A stretch of 64,000 nt of DNA, taken from Girardia tigrina. Its lineage: Eukaryota. A program made the translations under genes and the position numbers. Each line of letters starts with the position of its first letter. Position 1 is the first letter of the stretch. The stretch lies in the NCBI GenBank assembly GCA_001938485.1, contig MQRK01250511.1, positions 1-64,000 on the forward strand, read 5' to 3'. Below, in pieces: positions 12,974-27,084 of this stretch. The notes beneath the pieces were generated by a model. The model searched no databases. It saw only the letters and a list, made by a program, of their open reading frames with translations, and was not told where the DNA came from.

Positions 12974-15100
12974 CAGTGTTCCCGCCAGGGCTCTCTGGGG
13001 GAGAAACTTCCCCCCCCCAAAAAAAACTGTGGAATCCCTCCTAATCATAGCAGAACATTAAATGTAACGAACATAGTGGACTGTTCTGATCCACTGAAAT
13101 CAATAAAAAACAAAAGTTATCAAATAAAAACCTAATATCAGTTATTACGGATTGTTAAAATGTAAATATATTACTTTAATTTAAATGTGTTTTTTTTAAC
13201 GCATCAGATCAGTTTTTTGTATCTTTTATTTTTTCTAATTTGTGTTTCATTTGGTAATTAAACGTAACTAGTTTTGTTACATGATTTGTTTGGCGTAAAA
13301 TCACTGAAATACGTTTTCAGTTAGCTCTTTTACAGTAGTCACCTGGTAAGAAATTTAAGCAGATGATGGTTACTTATCATCACAAGCTGGTGATCTGTTT
13401 TTGGCACTTCAGACATCAAGAGGAATTACTCTACTCTTTGCATTGAAGCGTATTCTCCAACCTCTCTCCCTTTTATCAAAGCAGCTGCAGTCTCCAAACT
13501 CTACTCTTGTGAGGATGGATGAGTTCATATCAACTGGTAAATGCACTTTAAATGAATTAATGGAGAATCCTATTGTTGTGTTGTTTAAAAGATATTTATG
13601 TATTTTTTAAATTCAAATATATGTTTATTTTTATGCATGTTAAATGAATTTGTTAATTATAAAAATTGTTTATTTTTATGATTGTTGTAATTATTTATAA
13701 AACATGTAAATTTTTACACATTTGTTTTTTTATATGAAAAAAAAGAATAGTTGTTTAAATTAGATATATAAAACGGTAATGAAGAATATAATAAAAAAAG
13801 TCAATAAAAAATATTCAGTCTTCATTATTATTTATTCATTAATATTTAATCTAAAACGATAACACCTATTCTTTATCAAAATGAAGCACATAACCTCATT
13901 CAATCAATATCAACAGCTCTTATTAATGAAAATCCTATCTGTCCTGTTTCTCTGCATCTAAAAATTGTGAAACAATTTATCATGTGTCTGATAAAAAACT
14001 TTGTAGATCGATTTTCTGTTCAAGTTATGGCGATGTGCTCCTCGATTTCATTATTTGATCCTTCATTAGATTGTCAATGTGAATACCTAAATTTTTTTGA
14101 GTTGCATTGGTATGAAGCACACAGTTAACGCAACAACAAGCTTAGGTAAATATGGCATTGTCACTGACTCGCCCAAAATACGTTTACTTTACCGATAATT
14201 TCACAAACTTTGCCTTGCTGTTGTGTTAACTGATTTTATTTTATGAAATGTTGTAAAGAAAGGTTTTTGGTTTCATACTAATTGTTTCATTGTCGTTCAG
14301 ATCGAGTGCAATCGGTCACACAGCTGCGATTGATTTGTGCAAGTCATCCAGTTCTCAACAACATAACAGGCAAAGCGTTGGAGGAGTTCAATGTGTTTCG
14401 CCACCATCTGGTATTTTTTCGTGAAAAGGAAATTCTTCCTTCTTCCTCGGATGTACTTAGATCTTTGGTGGATTCAACAGAAGTTTTAACTGTAACGTTT
14501 CCTAACCTCTCAAAGATGGCTTCTGTTATTCTTCTGTACCCTTTCGGAACACCAAGTATCGAGATGTCGCTCAGTGGCATGAATAGGATCCTCACGGTTT
14601 AAGGCAACTTATGCCCCTTGAAAATTTAGAAGCATGTATGCTGGTCACGATTGAGGGTCAAGAAAAGATTACAGATGAAGAAGACAGAGAAGTTGTCCAA
14701 AAATGGCACAAACAAAATGAAAGAAGTTTTCGCATTCCATTATTCCCTTGTTATGATGCACGGGATATTGTGAATCAGTGAAACCTTTGTCGTTTTACTC
14801 TATTCTGATATTTATCAGTGCGTTTATTTGTTGCATTCTAGTAAAATGGTGTTTCTATTTCTTTTTGTGCTTTATGATGGTCATTCATTTTTTGGTCAAT
14901 AACTCTAATGTGAAGATACAGAAAAGATTTTTTCAAGGGTAAAATAATTTCTTTCTTAATCAATTTGAAACCCTTATTTTTTACTTCATGATAAATTACT
15001 AGAATATCACCTTAATTCCTCGTCAGCATCCACTCAGATTTAGAGTGGAAGAAAGTATATGTACATCGCGGTTCCCCTCAATGTTTTCCTGTTTCCCCCA
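12974..15100 (+). mobile_element. Degenerate hAT element (ZNF862-like transposase remnants)
   Basis: CAGTGTTCCCGCCAG left terminus. Fragments ILQPLSLLSKQLQS and FPNLSKMASVILLYPFGTPSIEMSLSGMNRILT (hAT dimerisation domain). Right end unclear. Confidence 0.7.
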
Positions 15101-15508
15101 AAAGAAAATTACTCACAGAGTAATCTCTCAAAGTACTCACTATATTTATAAACTAGTATATTAAAAAATTAAATTTTTTATAAACATTTTTATGCAGACA
15201 GAACTCTAATTTGCAAGCAAAGTTTTTAAAATTTAAAAAATTTTAATATAAAAAACAATAAAAATTAATATAAACTACTTATAATTTATAAGTAGATATC
15301 TTGTAATTAATATTGATAAGGAACTCCGAATTTTCCGTTTTTTCCAATTTTGGGATCTCAAAAAGATTTTTTCGGTCAAATTTTTACATAATCATTTATT
15401 GTCATCGAGAATGAGTAAGTGTGCAAAGTTTTAAGAAAATTGATTGAGTAGAAGGCTTTCAAAAATAAGTTTCTAAATTCCATGGGTATATATATATATA
15501 TATATATA

Positions 15509-15825
15509 GATCACATTAAAAAATGCAGAAATAGAGATAAAGTTAACTGTGAAAATGAATTTACAGTTTTGAAGAAAAATTTTGACACATATCATGAGAG
15601 GATAATCACTGAGGCATTATTAATAAAGCATTTAAAACCATGCTTAAATGTTCAAAGTGAATTATCTAATCATATTAAAATCTTTTCATATTAAAAAAAA
15701 TGATTGCGTAATAGTCAATGTGCCATATAAATGACTTGTAATTTGAAATTTATTTCACAACTGATGCCGTAATGGCGAAACATGTTTTGCAAAATAAAAA
15801 AAATCTTACTGCTTTCTGTATATAA
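15509..15825 (+). mobile_element. Penelope 3' fragment (GIY-YIG C-terminus plus pLTR part)
   Basis: DHIKKC...FTVL...ERIITEALLIKHLKPCLNVQ follows (TA)n and is followed by a hammerhead relic. Confidence 0.8.
15751..15796 (+). ncRNA. Hammerhead ribozyme relic with core deletion
   Basis: cacaa-CUGAU-GCC guaau GGC-GAAA-CAUG-UU-uugc. Lacks 3 nt of the CUGAUGAU core seen in the other copies. Confidence 0.6.
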
Positions 15826-15829
15826 ATGA

Positions 15830-16630
15830 ATTCGGATCTCCGGATGGTTCAAAGATGGCGATCAACTATGTCAAAAAGTTGAAGAAGGAAATGCAGAGAC
15901 ACAAGTATGGGTCAAGTCGACAACCGCTATGTTTTGAGTTAGAAGAAATCATTTGTGAATGGATTGCTGAGAGGAGGTCAAGAGCCTTGAGTGTTCGCAG
16001 GGTTGATATTCAAAAACTTGCTCTTATAAATGCATACAATTTGGTATATTTCCAGAAGATTTTAAAGCATTAAAACCTTTTAAAGCATTAAAAGATGGTT
16101 TTCTGACGTGACATTTATTTTCTCTTAGAAGATTAACAATGTTGTTCAAACTGGAAGATACTGATATTATTAAACGTGTACTCACATTTAAGTCCTTTGT
16201 TGATGGGATAGATTTTAGTAAATACAGTCTCTCGAACATGATTGCTATGGATGAAACTGCTGTGTTCGTAGGCCAAAGATCTCAATCGACGATTGATCAA
16301 AAGGGCGTATCATCAATTTACATTTCCTCCACAGGTTATGAAAGTGCAAAAATTACTTGTATTTTAGCAGTTCGTCACGATGGAAGTAAAGCTTTGCCTT
16401 AAATCATCACTGTATGTAAGAAAGAAAGAATTGAACGCGTTTCAGGCACCTATGTTTTAGAAACTGAAAAGGTATGGTGTACACAAGTAGTTTAAAGGAC
16501 ATGGATCGATTTAATGCTACCATTAGTTTTGCGAGGAAGTCAAAGAGGTATGAAAGCTCTGGATTCAGCTAGTACACAGCACGCAAAAGACATGAAGAAT
16601 TTTCTTGTAGAATAAAAAGTAGATCAAGCT
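15830..16630 (+). mobile_element. pogo/Tigger-like transposase remnant
   Basis: CENP-B-type HTH (LEEIICEWIAERR) and DDE start (IAMDETAVF...KITCILAVRHDGSK...LDSAS). Disrupted. Confidence 0.8.
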
Positions 16631-16999
16631 ATTAGTGGTTCTTGGAACATCGTCGGAATTATTAGTAGCAGACATTAAAACTTTTATTATACCACAGAAT
16701 AAATGTTTAAATCTAATATTTAAACAAATTTATTTTTTTGAGAAACTATTTGTTTTATAAATCTTAAACCGATATAGATAAAAAATACATATAAATATTC
16801 ATATTTGATTTTTTTTATTACTTCTATAATCACTTTTAAATTACGATAACACTTTAAAATATTTAATCGTTTCATTTAATTTTATTACTTTTTTTAAAAT
16901 TGTTTCACATAAAAATTATACATTTTTTTACTTTTTATATTATATTAAAACTCTCAAAAAATTTTTAGTAGCAATTTAATTGATCTTCTTCATTTTAGT

Positions 17000-18395
17000 A
17001 ATTTTATTTTTTCGAATGTTACATATTTAATTATATAAAAATTTTAATTTGTACATATTTAATATAACATTCTTTCAAAAATTTTCCTAACATTTTTAAT
17101 TCCTAACATTCCCCCTTTTCTTTAAAATTTTTGAACTTTTCGACATTTCTTACTATTTGTTTTTTCTCTTTATCCTCCAGTTTATAACTCATCTCATGAT
17201 TTTTTTCTATGATGCTGTATGGTCCCTCATATCTGTCATCATCTTTATTTCTTATCTCTTTTTTTACCCACACCTGATCTCCGATATTGAAATTTCGTCG
17301 TGTTTTTCCGTCTGGATACTTGATGTTGTCGTCTGACGTGTTTATTTTATTGCTATACCACTTTAGCCTATCTATTTTTCTATTTACAATACTGCTCCTA
17401 TCCATTTTTCTATTTAAAATTACTTCAACCGAACTTCTTCCAATTGTTTTCTGTCGTGTTGCATTTAATGTGAATTCCACCTCTGGGAGCATATCAGTCC
17501 AACTCGTCTCTTTTCTTTCTTTTAAACTTGCTTGGATATACTCTCGTATCGTTCGGAATTGTCTTTCCACCATACCATTGGTGTTATGGTGGTACGGACT
17601 AGAGAACACTAACTGAATACCTTGTTTTATCATTAATTCTTGTACCTTCTGTGATTCAAAACTTTTCCCACAATCCACATGTATTTCCTTAGGAGCACCA
17701 AATTTTAATATCCATTTTGTCAAACGGTTCAGATGATGTTATCTTGATTGTCTCTTCTTTAGTCTTCGACGTATCTGTTTTTGTTTGTTGACATTCTATA
17801 CAAGTTCCAACTACTTCTTTCACTGTTTTCCGTTCCTCTTCCATTTCAAATTTATCCTTTAAATAATGGTAAACTTTTTCCGCTCCTGCATGAAATAGCA
17901 ATCTGTGTGTCTGTGTGATAAATTCACTTCTTTTCTCTTTGGGTATCCATTCCGTCTTACTGTAGAAAGTAAGCATTTTACTCGCTATAATATCCATGGG
18001 ATGGGGGAGTTCAATGTCCAGGATGACCATATGGAACTTTTCAATCTTGTGTTTCGTCCTAACTATGCGTGTGCATAGGTTATGAAGGGCATGCAATTTC
18101 TTAATGTTCTTGTCTGCAGTTCTCCAGCTTTCCCAGCCTTAGTAGACTACGGAGAATATGCTTGCGTTGATAACTTTCTTCTTATTCCTCAATCAGTTTG
18201 GAGCTTTTCAACAGTGGTCTCAGGTCCCTGATCTTCTGGATTCCTTTCTTGATTCTTTCCATCACTTACGCGTCTACGTTTCCTATTGAAGCGATCGTGG
18301 ATCCTAAGTAACTAAATCTAGAAACCCATGTTAGGAGCGTTTTTGAGTTTATAAAATTTTTGAATTTACAATCTGATCAAATTAATAATTAAACA
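17000..18395 (-). mobile_element. Internally deleted Gypsy LTR retrotransposon (integrase at 17103-18000)
   Basis: H-H-C-C zinc motif, IHVDCG...SPYHHNTNGMVER and GPY. A purine tract precedes a TGTTAGG LTR start at 17108, and the 5' LTR end CCTAACA is at 18329. Same family as 30900-33680. Outer LTR limits are approximate. Confidence 0.85.
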
Positions 18396-18400
18396 ATTAA

Positions 18401-18516
18401 CGGATAACATCAAATAGTAGGTGGACATGAAGTAGTAGGTGTAATGAAGTTTTCAAAAAATTTTCCACCTACTATTAAAATAGTAGGTGGAATCAAATAG
18501 TAGGTGTATCGTTTTT
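18401..18516. repeat. Second copy of the CGGATAACAT/TAGTAGGTG repeat end
   Basis: Similar to 11101-11449 and truncated by a gap. Confidence 0.55.
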
Positions 18517-19084
18517 NNNNNNNNNNNNNNNNNNNNNNNNNNNNNNNNNNNNNNNNNNNNNNNNNNNNNNNNNNNNNNNNNNNNNNNNNNNNNNNNNNNN
18601 NNNNNNNNNNNNNNNNNNNNNNNNNNNNNNNNNNNNNNNNNNNNNNNNNNNNNNNNNNNNNNNNNNNNNNNNNNNNNNNNNNNNNNNNNNNNNNNNNNNN
18701 NNNNNNNNNNNNNNNNNNNNNNNNNNNNNNNNNNNNNNNNNNNNNNNNNNNNNNNNNNNNNNNNNNNNNNNNNNNNNNNNNNNNNNNNNNNNNNNNNNNN
18801 NNNNNNNNNNNNNNNNNNNNNNNNNNNNNNNNNNNNNNNNNNNNNNNNNNNNNNNNNNNNNNNNNNNNNNNNNNNNNNNNNNNNNNNNNNNNNNNNNNNN
18901 NNNNNNNNNNNNNNNNNNNNNNNNNNNNNNNNNNNNNNNNNNNNNNNNNNNNNNNNNNNNNNNNNNNNNNNNNNNNNNNNNNNNNNNNNNNNNNNNNNNN
19001 NNNNNNNNNNNNNNNNNNNNNNNNNNNNNNNNNNNNNNNNNNNNNNNNNNNNNNNNNNNNNNNNNNNNNNNNNNNNNNNNNNNN

Positions 19085-20109
19085 TATTAAACTGATATAT
19101 TAAAATAATGGAATAGTAAATATATACTTTATTCCAAAAAGTTTAAATTATGAGCAACGCCTCTAAGATAATCCAATATTGGTAAATTAATGTATTGCTC
19201 AACAATACGTTCAATCCTCTCACTTACTTTGGCATAAATTTGCGATTAGAATTGTGGGAATTCTTCAATTCTAGAGAGAATTTTAATGCGCTGCAAAATT
19301 AGTTCAACAAAATCTTGATCAGTACGAAATTGATTTATCAAACTAAAATAGTTGGGTGATTGCAAGCGATAGAATTTTGAAACGCACGATGCCAATTTTC
19401 TATTGCATTGTTTGTGAGTGGTAGATGATAAATAACGCGGTCATATACATTCCAACACTGTATTGAATATCAAGGACGTAATCTTCGTTCTCCACGAGCA
19501 CGGCCAATATATGTATCCTCAAAATATGCAAAGACATCATCGAGTTCTGGTTAATCATTAGAAAGATCAAGTAAAACCAAAAAGGCAGTGATAACATCAT
19601 CCACAGGAACAAACGCTATAGCCATTATTGATTTCAGAATGGTTCTAATTTCATCATTGTTTGAATAGAGATCTGGAAGATTTGATGTTTCTTTTATTTT
19701 TTCAAAATTGATTGGTTCCGATGAAAAAAACAGCCTTTAATCCAAACGGATTTTCAGATTTTGAAGTAAAGAATTGAAGATTCATGCTGAAAAAAGTGAG
19801 AGAATATTTTTTAGAAATTTATAATATTTTAAGGTATATTTTTAAAGGTATATTAACGTAAATGGAAAATTTTACAATAAATATTATATTTTAATAAATT
19901 ATTATTCGGTAATAATGGCAAAAAATATCTTAATTAAAAATTTTAAGAAAATTGAATTTATTTAATTATTTAATATTAATATTATTAATTTTTAATATTT
20001 TTTTCTGAAAAAATCCGCGGTAAAGTCGCCCGCTGTAAAGTCGTCCGCGGTAAAGTCGCCCGCGGTAAAGTCGTCCGCGGTAAAGTCGCCGCTGTAAAGT
20101 CGCCTCACC
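19085..20109 (-). mobile_element. Second copy of the Phantom-like MULE (left part lies in the gap)
   Basis: Collinear with 3255-4318, including the same internal deletion structure and the right 15-mer TIR array ending CGCCTCACC. Confidence 0.9.
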
Positions 20110-20289
20110 GTTAAAATCAGATTTTCCGAATTTAATGTAAAAATTATTTTTATTTATAATGGTTTGTGTAAAAAGAAAGTACGAAAGTTCCTCAAAAATA
20201 TTTGTTTAAAAAAACTTAAATTGTTATAGAAAAAAGGTTTTGCGTTAATGACATCTTCTTTTCATCAAGAACCCAATAACCCCCTTAAT

Positions 20290-20505
20290 GCCGGCCTCAA
20301 GCTGGTGCCCAGTAGTAAGGATCCGTGTATCTCCGTTTAGGTTCAAAACTTTGGTTTTACCGATGTTAATTTTGAGACCTAAATCAAGAAAGGATGCATT
20401 TAAAATGTTCAAATTATTTATCAGGTTGTTCTAGTCCGTGTCGATGAGGCAGAGGTCGTCAGCATAGGCTAGTCTGTTGATCTCAAGGAAGCTTCCATTT
20501 AAAAG
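20290..20505 (-). mobile_element. RTE-like reverse transcriptase fragment
   Basis: INRLAYADDLCLID...LGLKINIGKTKVLNLNG, homologous to the LINE at about 59450-59620. Confidence 0.85.
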
Positions 20506-20779
20506 TTGTTAAATGAAACGAAATTGCGATTTTAATTCTATTTTCAAAACGTTATTTTATTAAATCTGAAAGTAATTTTTAAAACTTATGAATACGAAAT
20601 GAAAAATGCTTTTGTTTAGAATTGGGAAATTTAATTGAAAAACAGTTAAATTTAAATATACAATAAAATGGAAATTTAATAAAAGATGCAACAAAATCTT
20701 TGTGACAAAATTTTAATAAATTCACTGTTTTTGTCAAATCCGTTTCCACTTTCCAATCACGAATTTTGGCCCTGAAGAG

Positions 20780-21187
20780 GGCCGTATATCTTTCGCAATT
20801 CTTAGAAGCATTTGAGGAACCTTCGATGAAATAATCGGGTTGAAAGAATTTCCCAAGGTTCGAATTCAATGCATAATCGAGAGGGGTACTATTCAATTCA
20901 ACCATGACGCTGATTGGCACACATTTTCCATGAATTCCAGAAGTAAAGTAAACGTAAATTCTCGGTAATTGCAAATCACTGTCACCTTCGTAAATACCAG
21001 TGATCGGTTTGATTCCGTGTTCATTAGTGATCATTTTCCAAAACATCGTTCCAATATTTTTTCCACAACTTTGAAATGTTCTCATCAATTCATACCATGG
21101 TTCATAAATGCCTCCACGTGGCTTGATAAAATATTCCGCATTAAAAACATAGCCAAAAGGCAAAGTTATCTGTCCGAAATTATGCAT
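20780..21187 (-). pseudogene. Highly divergent, truncated beta-tubulin N-terminal fragment
   Basis: CGKNIGTMFWKMITNEHGIKPITGIYEGDSDLQLPRIYVYF...GKCVP...FQPDYF aligns with beta-tubulin residues ~12-105. Preceded by a 34-aa unrelated leader. Similarity stops after about 100 aa. Confidence 0.8.
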
Positions 21188-21290
21188 CCAATCTCAAAAT
21201 AATAAAGAAATCGATTTTTCTATATAACTTTATTAGCTATCAAAAACTTAACAATTCTGATTCGTTTAAACAAACGAATCTCTAAAAAAA

Positions 21291-21321
<31 letters not shown>

Positions 21322-24062
21322 NNNNNNNNNNNNNNNNNNNNNNNNNNNNNNNNNNNNNNNNNNNNNNNNNNATATATATATATAAAATTATATAGATATT
21401 GTATTAATATTTTTAATTAAACATATTTTTTTACATGAATCCAATTTTATTTACTTTTCAATTTTGATAAATTTTTTAATTCATTCTGAAACATTCACCT
21501 TATAATTTTTTATTAAAAAAAAGTATAGAATTTTAATTCTTAATAAATACAATAACATATTTATATTTATATAAATTCTTATTTATAATGGTTTGTGTAA
21601 AAAGAAAGTGCAAAAGTTCCTCGAAAATATTTGTTTAAAAAAACTTAAATTGTTATAGAAATAAAGTTTTGCGTTAATGCAACTTCTTTTGATCAAGAAT
21701 CCTATAGTCTTCATTGTACCACAATAAGTAATTGTCTTTTAAAATACAGAATGTTCTTTTCTATTCATTATTTTTCTTGATTAAATCATTTTATAAGAAT
21801 CGATGTTTTTCTCTATGAATATCGGTATCAAATCCACCATAATTTATATTGACTGACATTGAACTATAGTTTCAAATTCAAATTAATAATTCACAAATAA
21901 CCAATTACAAAATTTTTAGTTTTAACTTGCAATACGAATCACAAATTAAAACTTTATGTGGTGCAGTAAAACAAACACAAGAAGAATTGATATATAAAAA
22001 TTTTACTTAAAACGTATTGTAGGTTTCTAAATTAATTTTTATTTACAAAAAATTATAATAATGAAATATTTTTTTTATTTAATTATTTAATTCGGAACAA
22101 CTTCCGTACTTTTGAGAATGCATTGCACTAAATCCTCCTTCTGTTATAACATGAATTACAATAAATGCTGAGCATATTATCGTACCGTGGTGCTGGCCTC
22201 CAAATCGGGCTGTGAAGGCAAGTACCCGTTTCTCGTGCAGAAAATCGTCGCTCGGCGAAACGGATCGGCCAGTCTAGTGCCGAACAGAATTCGATTGGAC
22301 CCGACCGGTGCCGGTTGGAGTACCGCTAAATAACGGCGTTTGGACCGAATTGCCGCGGCTTCCTATATCGCGTGCCCGTTGCTGTGACCACCGATAAGAC
22401 TCAATGTGGTGAGTTGTTCTCTCGGTTCGTCGACACGCGGCCCGAGTGCGTGGTTAGTGAGGTCGTGGGGATTTGCCATGCGTCGCCAAATTGTGTGAAG
22501 CGATGGCGCATGCGGTCTGGCCCCTCGAGGCCACTGCCACACTGTGGTTTGACTAAGGTGAATTATAACCCATCAAAATTTCAATGTGACAAAAACAAAA
22601 TCGAGTCGTCTCACATCTATTTCAAAAAAATTATAAATTGAATTATTTACATATTTTAATTAATTATTTAGTTTTTTAAACAAAAAAATTGATGATAGTT
22701 TTTTTTCGAACACGACATATACCATTCCTCATCACATGCATGGAAATGAATTATGTCATACAATAAAATATAGATGTTGAAAAACATTTGCAATTGTATA
22801 TTTCGACGCTTATAATTATGCATTGACTAAGGTGGAGATTAGCTTGATATATTGCAGTGATGACGAACCTTTTCAACTCTGTGTGTCAAAATTCAAAAAA
22901 TCGAATTATAATATTCATGGCGTGTCACACATTACAAAAGTGAAAACTAAAAAATAAAAATATTTGTATTTTTAAGCAATTTATTTGTTTTAAAATTCAA
23001 AAACAAAATTTGGAAACCAATAATTTATATTGTGAATCTATATGTCTGGTTTCATAATAAAATTACTTATTATTATTAACGTAAGTTAAATGGCCCAATT
23101 TTTTTTATGAATTAATGTGCAAGTACAAATATATTGGATTATTGTTTCTAATAATATGAAACGCACTGTATGTATTCTATTATCTCATTGTACTTAAGCA
23201 AATACTATGTCATCAATATCACACATTGGCAAAATATATTCTGCTGATGCGTCCCTTCTACACTTCTTATTTGACTCATTGTATCTTAATAAGTTGAAAC
23301 AGGCAAAATGCATTCACTCTTGTTATAAATCAATAGTATAATTTTCAATGTTCGATTATTTAAACTAATTAAAATTATTTAAATCTGCTTAAGTATTATT
23401 CGATCCTGTCGGTTATTTATTCGAACCGCAGAATAAAACGAACCATTTTTGATCAATATGATGGAATCGGTCTTACATCGGTTGAAAAGTAGCCGAACTT
23501 TCTATTTGTAAAGTGACATTTATGTTTGTATTGAAATTGTAATCCATTGCTTTTAATGGTGAATTTATTAGTTATAAATATAGGGCAGATAATATAATGT
23601 CAAGTTTAACGTTTCGGAATTAAATATCTCATGTACATAAATCGAGATCTATCTTTGAATAACTATTACTCTGATGATTATTGCTCTGCAGTGATTATCA
23701 TTGTTTTATAATTTTATTAAATGAGAAATTCTTAAATAATTTGTTTTATTAAGAAATTTATAAATGCGCAGATTGTTTAAAAAATAAAATCATTTTCAAA
23801 ATAAAATTATTTAATAGTTAAGTTATTTTAAGATTTGAGGGTCATCTTGATACCGTTCATTAACTGTCTACAACTAAAGAGTATTCATTGCTTCACATTC
23901 AAAGAAATATATGTTTTAATCATTCAATAAAAACTAATTTTTTTTAAACATATTTAAAAATTGATGGTGGTTTATTTGTTTCTATATTTACGTTTTGACT
24001 AAATTTAGGTCTTTATATATAATGTCAGTTGAACTTTCATGTATTGAGACGGTAAGTTGCTA

Positions 24063-25321
24063 CCAGGGTGATTCAAAAGTTTTTTCGTTTTTCTATGCCT
24101 TAAATTGTGACAGTTATTTTATATGAATATTCTATTTTGGCATTATTGATTTTTATATTATTTATTATGATATTGCATGACGAATCTCCTTGTATACTGT
24201 TGGTTTATTCATTAAACGTTTGTTTGTTTATTCTTATCAGATTATGGAGAGCGAAAATACGGAATTCGAGTTCTTTTGCGACAAAATAGACTTGGAAAAA
24301 TAGGCTTCAACGCAGCTGCTGCAGCCCGGGAAACATCTGAAGTAGAAGTCGAAGGTACGGTCAGTGTTCGTGTGTCACAATTGTTGTTCAAGCGTTTCTC
24401 AAGTGGTGACGTCAATTTGGAAGACCAACCTCGCTCTAGGCGACCATCTGTTGTTGATAATGATACTCTACGTAAAGCTGTGGAGGAGCATCCCTGCACT
24501 AGGACGCGGAGATTATCACAGAGCTTGGTCCTTCACAACCCACTATTCAACGTCCTCTTCATCAGCTTGGTCTTGTCAATAGATGGTGTCGACAAATTCC
24601 TCACGAACTGACAGCCACGCAAACACAACAATGACTTGATCTCTGCAAAGAATTACTTGCTCACCCCCATAGCATGCACTTCTTCAGAAGGATCGTGACG
24701 GGGATGAAAAGTGGATATCTTCCGTAATACCAACAAGGAGAATCAGTGGCTCTACCCTGGTATACCCGCCCAACCCATGGTTAAACAATGACGCTTCGAT
24801 CGCAAAGTTATGATCTGTGTATGGTGTAATTTCGAGGGGATGATCCACTTCGAGATGGTTCGGAGAGGTGTACTATGAATTCCATTATTTACACTCAGCA
24901 GCTGGACAGAGTCTACACCATTCTTTGTAACCGGCTTCTTTTACAACAAGACAACACTCCGGCACACACTGCAAGTTTTACTCGTGGGAAAGGGCAAGAG
25001 CTGCATGGGATAGAAGGTTGGCCTCACCCTGCCTACAGTCCTGATCTCGATCCCAGCGACTACCACCTCTTTCGGACAATTGCACATTTTCTCGAAGGAT
25101 GCAGTTTGATTCAGTAGAAGAGTTTGAATAAGGGTGCCTTGATTTTTTTACTTCCAAAACGACAGAGTGGTATACCTGTGGAATTGAGCAACTGGCTGAA
25201 AGATGGTCGAAGACCATCGAAAATAAAGGCCTGCATTTCGAAGAGTAAATGCGTTCTGTTTGCATGCTTTGTTATCTTAAAAATATGAGAGGAAAAACGA
25301 AAAACTTGTGAATTACCCTAG
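24063..25321 (+). mobile_element. Full-length degenerate mariner element
   Basis: TA TSDs and ~28-bp imperfect TIRs (C(C/T)AGGGT(G/A)ATTCA.AAG). Motifs LEDQPRSRRP, IVT.DEKW, LLQQDN and HPAYSPDLDPSDYHLF. Frameshifted. Confidence 0.95.
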
Positions 25322-26182
25322 TAGTTCTACGTCAAAATTAGACGAACAAAGATATTTACGAATTTTACAAATATAATAAAAGCAAATTTTGCATAAAAGA
25401 CAAAGGACTTTTTTTTAAAACAAATTCTAACAATAATATATTTAATTAAAAAAATGTAAATTTAGAAAATTCATTTTTTATTTATAAGAAATTATATGTT
25501 GCTCAAAACTTTTATTAGTAAGTTTAAATTAAAATTAATTGCTCACTCTTCAAATAATTTTAAAATGGTGAATTACGGTAATTAACCACTATTCCAAGAT
25601 TGTGTATAATAAACCTAATAAATATCAAAGGACTTATGTACTTATAAGTCGATAGTTAATTCCAGTACAGAAATTTTTCAATAAAAATAATAAAGAAAAA
25701 CAGTATCACCGTTTATCAGTCAGAGTAAACAGATAACATGAGTGATAGATATAGTTATTGTAGCATTATTGTACTAAGTTGTATTGGGGAAAAATATGAT
25801 TATTAACCGCAGCTTATTGAAATCTATGATAAAATTTTAAAATCTAAACTCACTGTAATTAAGAATTAAAATTTTTAATGCTTTTATAAGATTCATAATT
25901 TTAAAAATATGTTTCTTCCTTAGATAATTATAATTCTGATTGTTCAGGACATATATTGCTTTTATTATTGTGATGACAATATTTAATTTGTAAAAAATTT
26001 TTATTGAAAAATGTTTTTGTATGCATTTAATCATTTTGAAATTATTTTAATAATCGAAATATGTTCTTGATTTATTTCTGGCTCTTAAGTTAACCAAAAT
26101 TTATTTAATTTTCTTATCTTTGGACCTAAACTTCCTGAATAAATTAATATAAATTATATATATATAACGGATATCGGTATAT

Positions 26183-27069
26183 GGTACCCCGATAAAATAG
26201 AGCAAATATCTTTCAATTATTAATTTTTTAGCTTTTGATATTACTTAATAAACTATAAAATATATTTGAAAATGAATATCTAAATAAAAAATGAATAATA
26301 AAATCAATAGATTTTATATTTTTATTAAATACAATTATAAAATTAATAAACTTTTTATTAAAAAATCAAAATAAAATTGATTTACTAAATTAATTTTATC
26401 ACAATGTCAAATTAAAAGTGATACAGTGTAGAAATTCTATCAGTGGTCTGTTGCTATACGTTGTCAACAAAGCTAAAAGACGTTCTCCTGCATTAAGTCA
26501 TTGAATTTAGATATTATGGTAATGACTATCAAGACACATCTGAAATCGAAGTGTTTGTTAGATACTCGATTTTGAACGTTCCACAATGTTACTGGAAATA
26601 TCGGACTACCCCTGTGGTTTTGCCTCCAGTTGCAAATATAATTTTACTCCAAGTAGTCAAATAAATTTTAAACAATACCTGGTCAAGCATTATTCAGTTC
26701 TTCGAAGGTAGTATTTACATTTTGACTTGTCATCTCCAAAAAACTGACTGTAAATTTATAGCTATTCTAAATCAAGACATACGATGCTTGTCATCTGCTA
26801 CTGATTTCCACAATAAAAAATTACCATTGCGACTTGGAACATTTAATCCAAGTAGTTGTGTAATATACTGCTGAGAATGAAATTGTAAGTTATATCGATA
26901 TCAGAATTCATGAGTCAAACTTCGTTTTATAATTTAAGAACCTGTAATTATTTAAATTAATTTTAATTTTTAAATTAAAATTAAAAAAGCAATGATCGGC
27001 GCTATTTTGCCGGTAAACTTTGTGCTATTATGTCAGCGCTATTTTATTGTTTGCTATTTTTGGGTCACC
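26183..27069 (-). mobile_element. Non-autonomous MULE
   Basis: Perfect 10-bp TSD ATCGGTATAT at 26173-26182 and 27070-27079. GGT...ACC termini. Minus-strand remnant FDYLE*NYI...PIFPVTLWNVQNRV. Confidence 0.85.
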
Positions 27070-27084
27070 ATCGGTATATAGTAT

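Noticed and set aside
18397-20114. ttaa|CGG...CCG|ttaa suggesting one element with a TTAA TSD
   Set aside because: The two ends belong to different repeat families and are separated by a gap, and TTAA is common here.
23671-23700. CTGATGA followed by a hairpin
   Set aside because: No GAAA or cleavage triplet follows. The CTGATGA hits at 5224 and 6163 are coding sequence.
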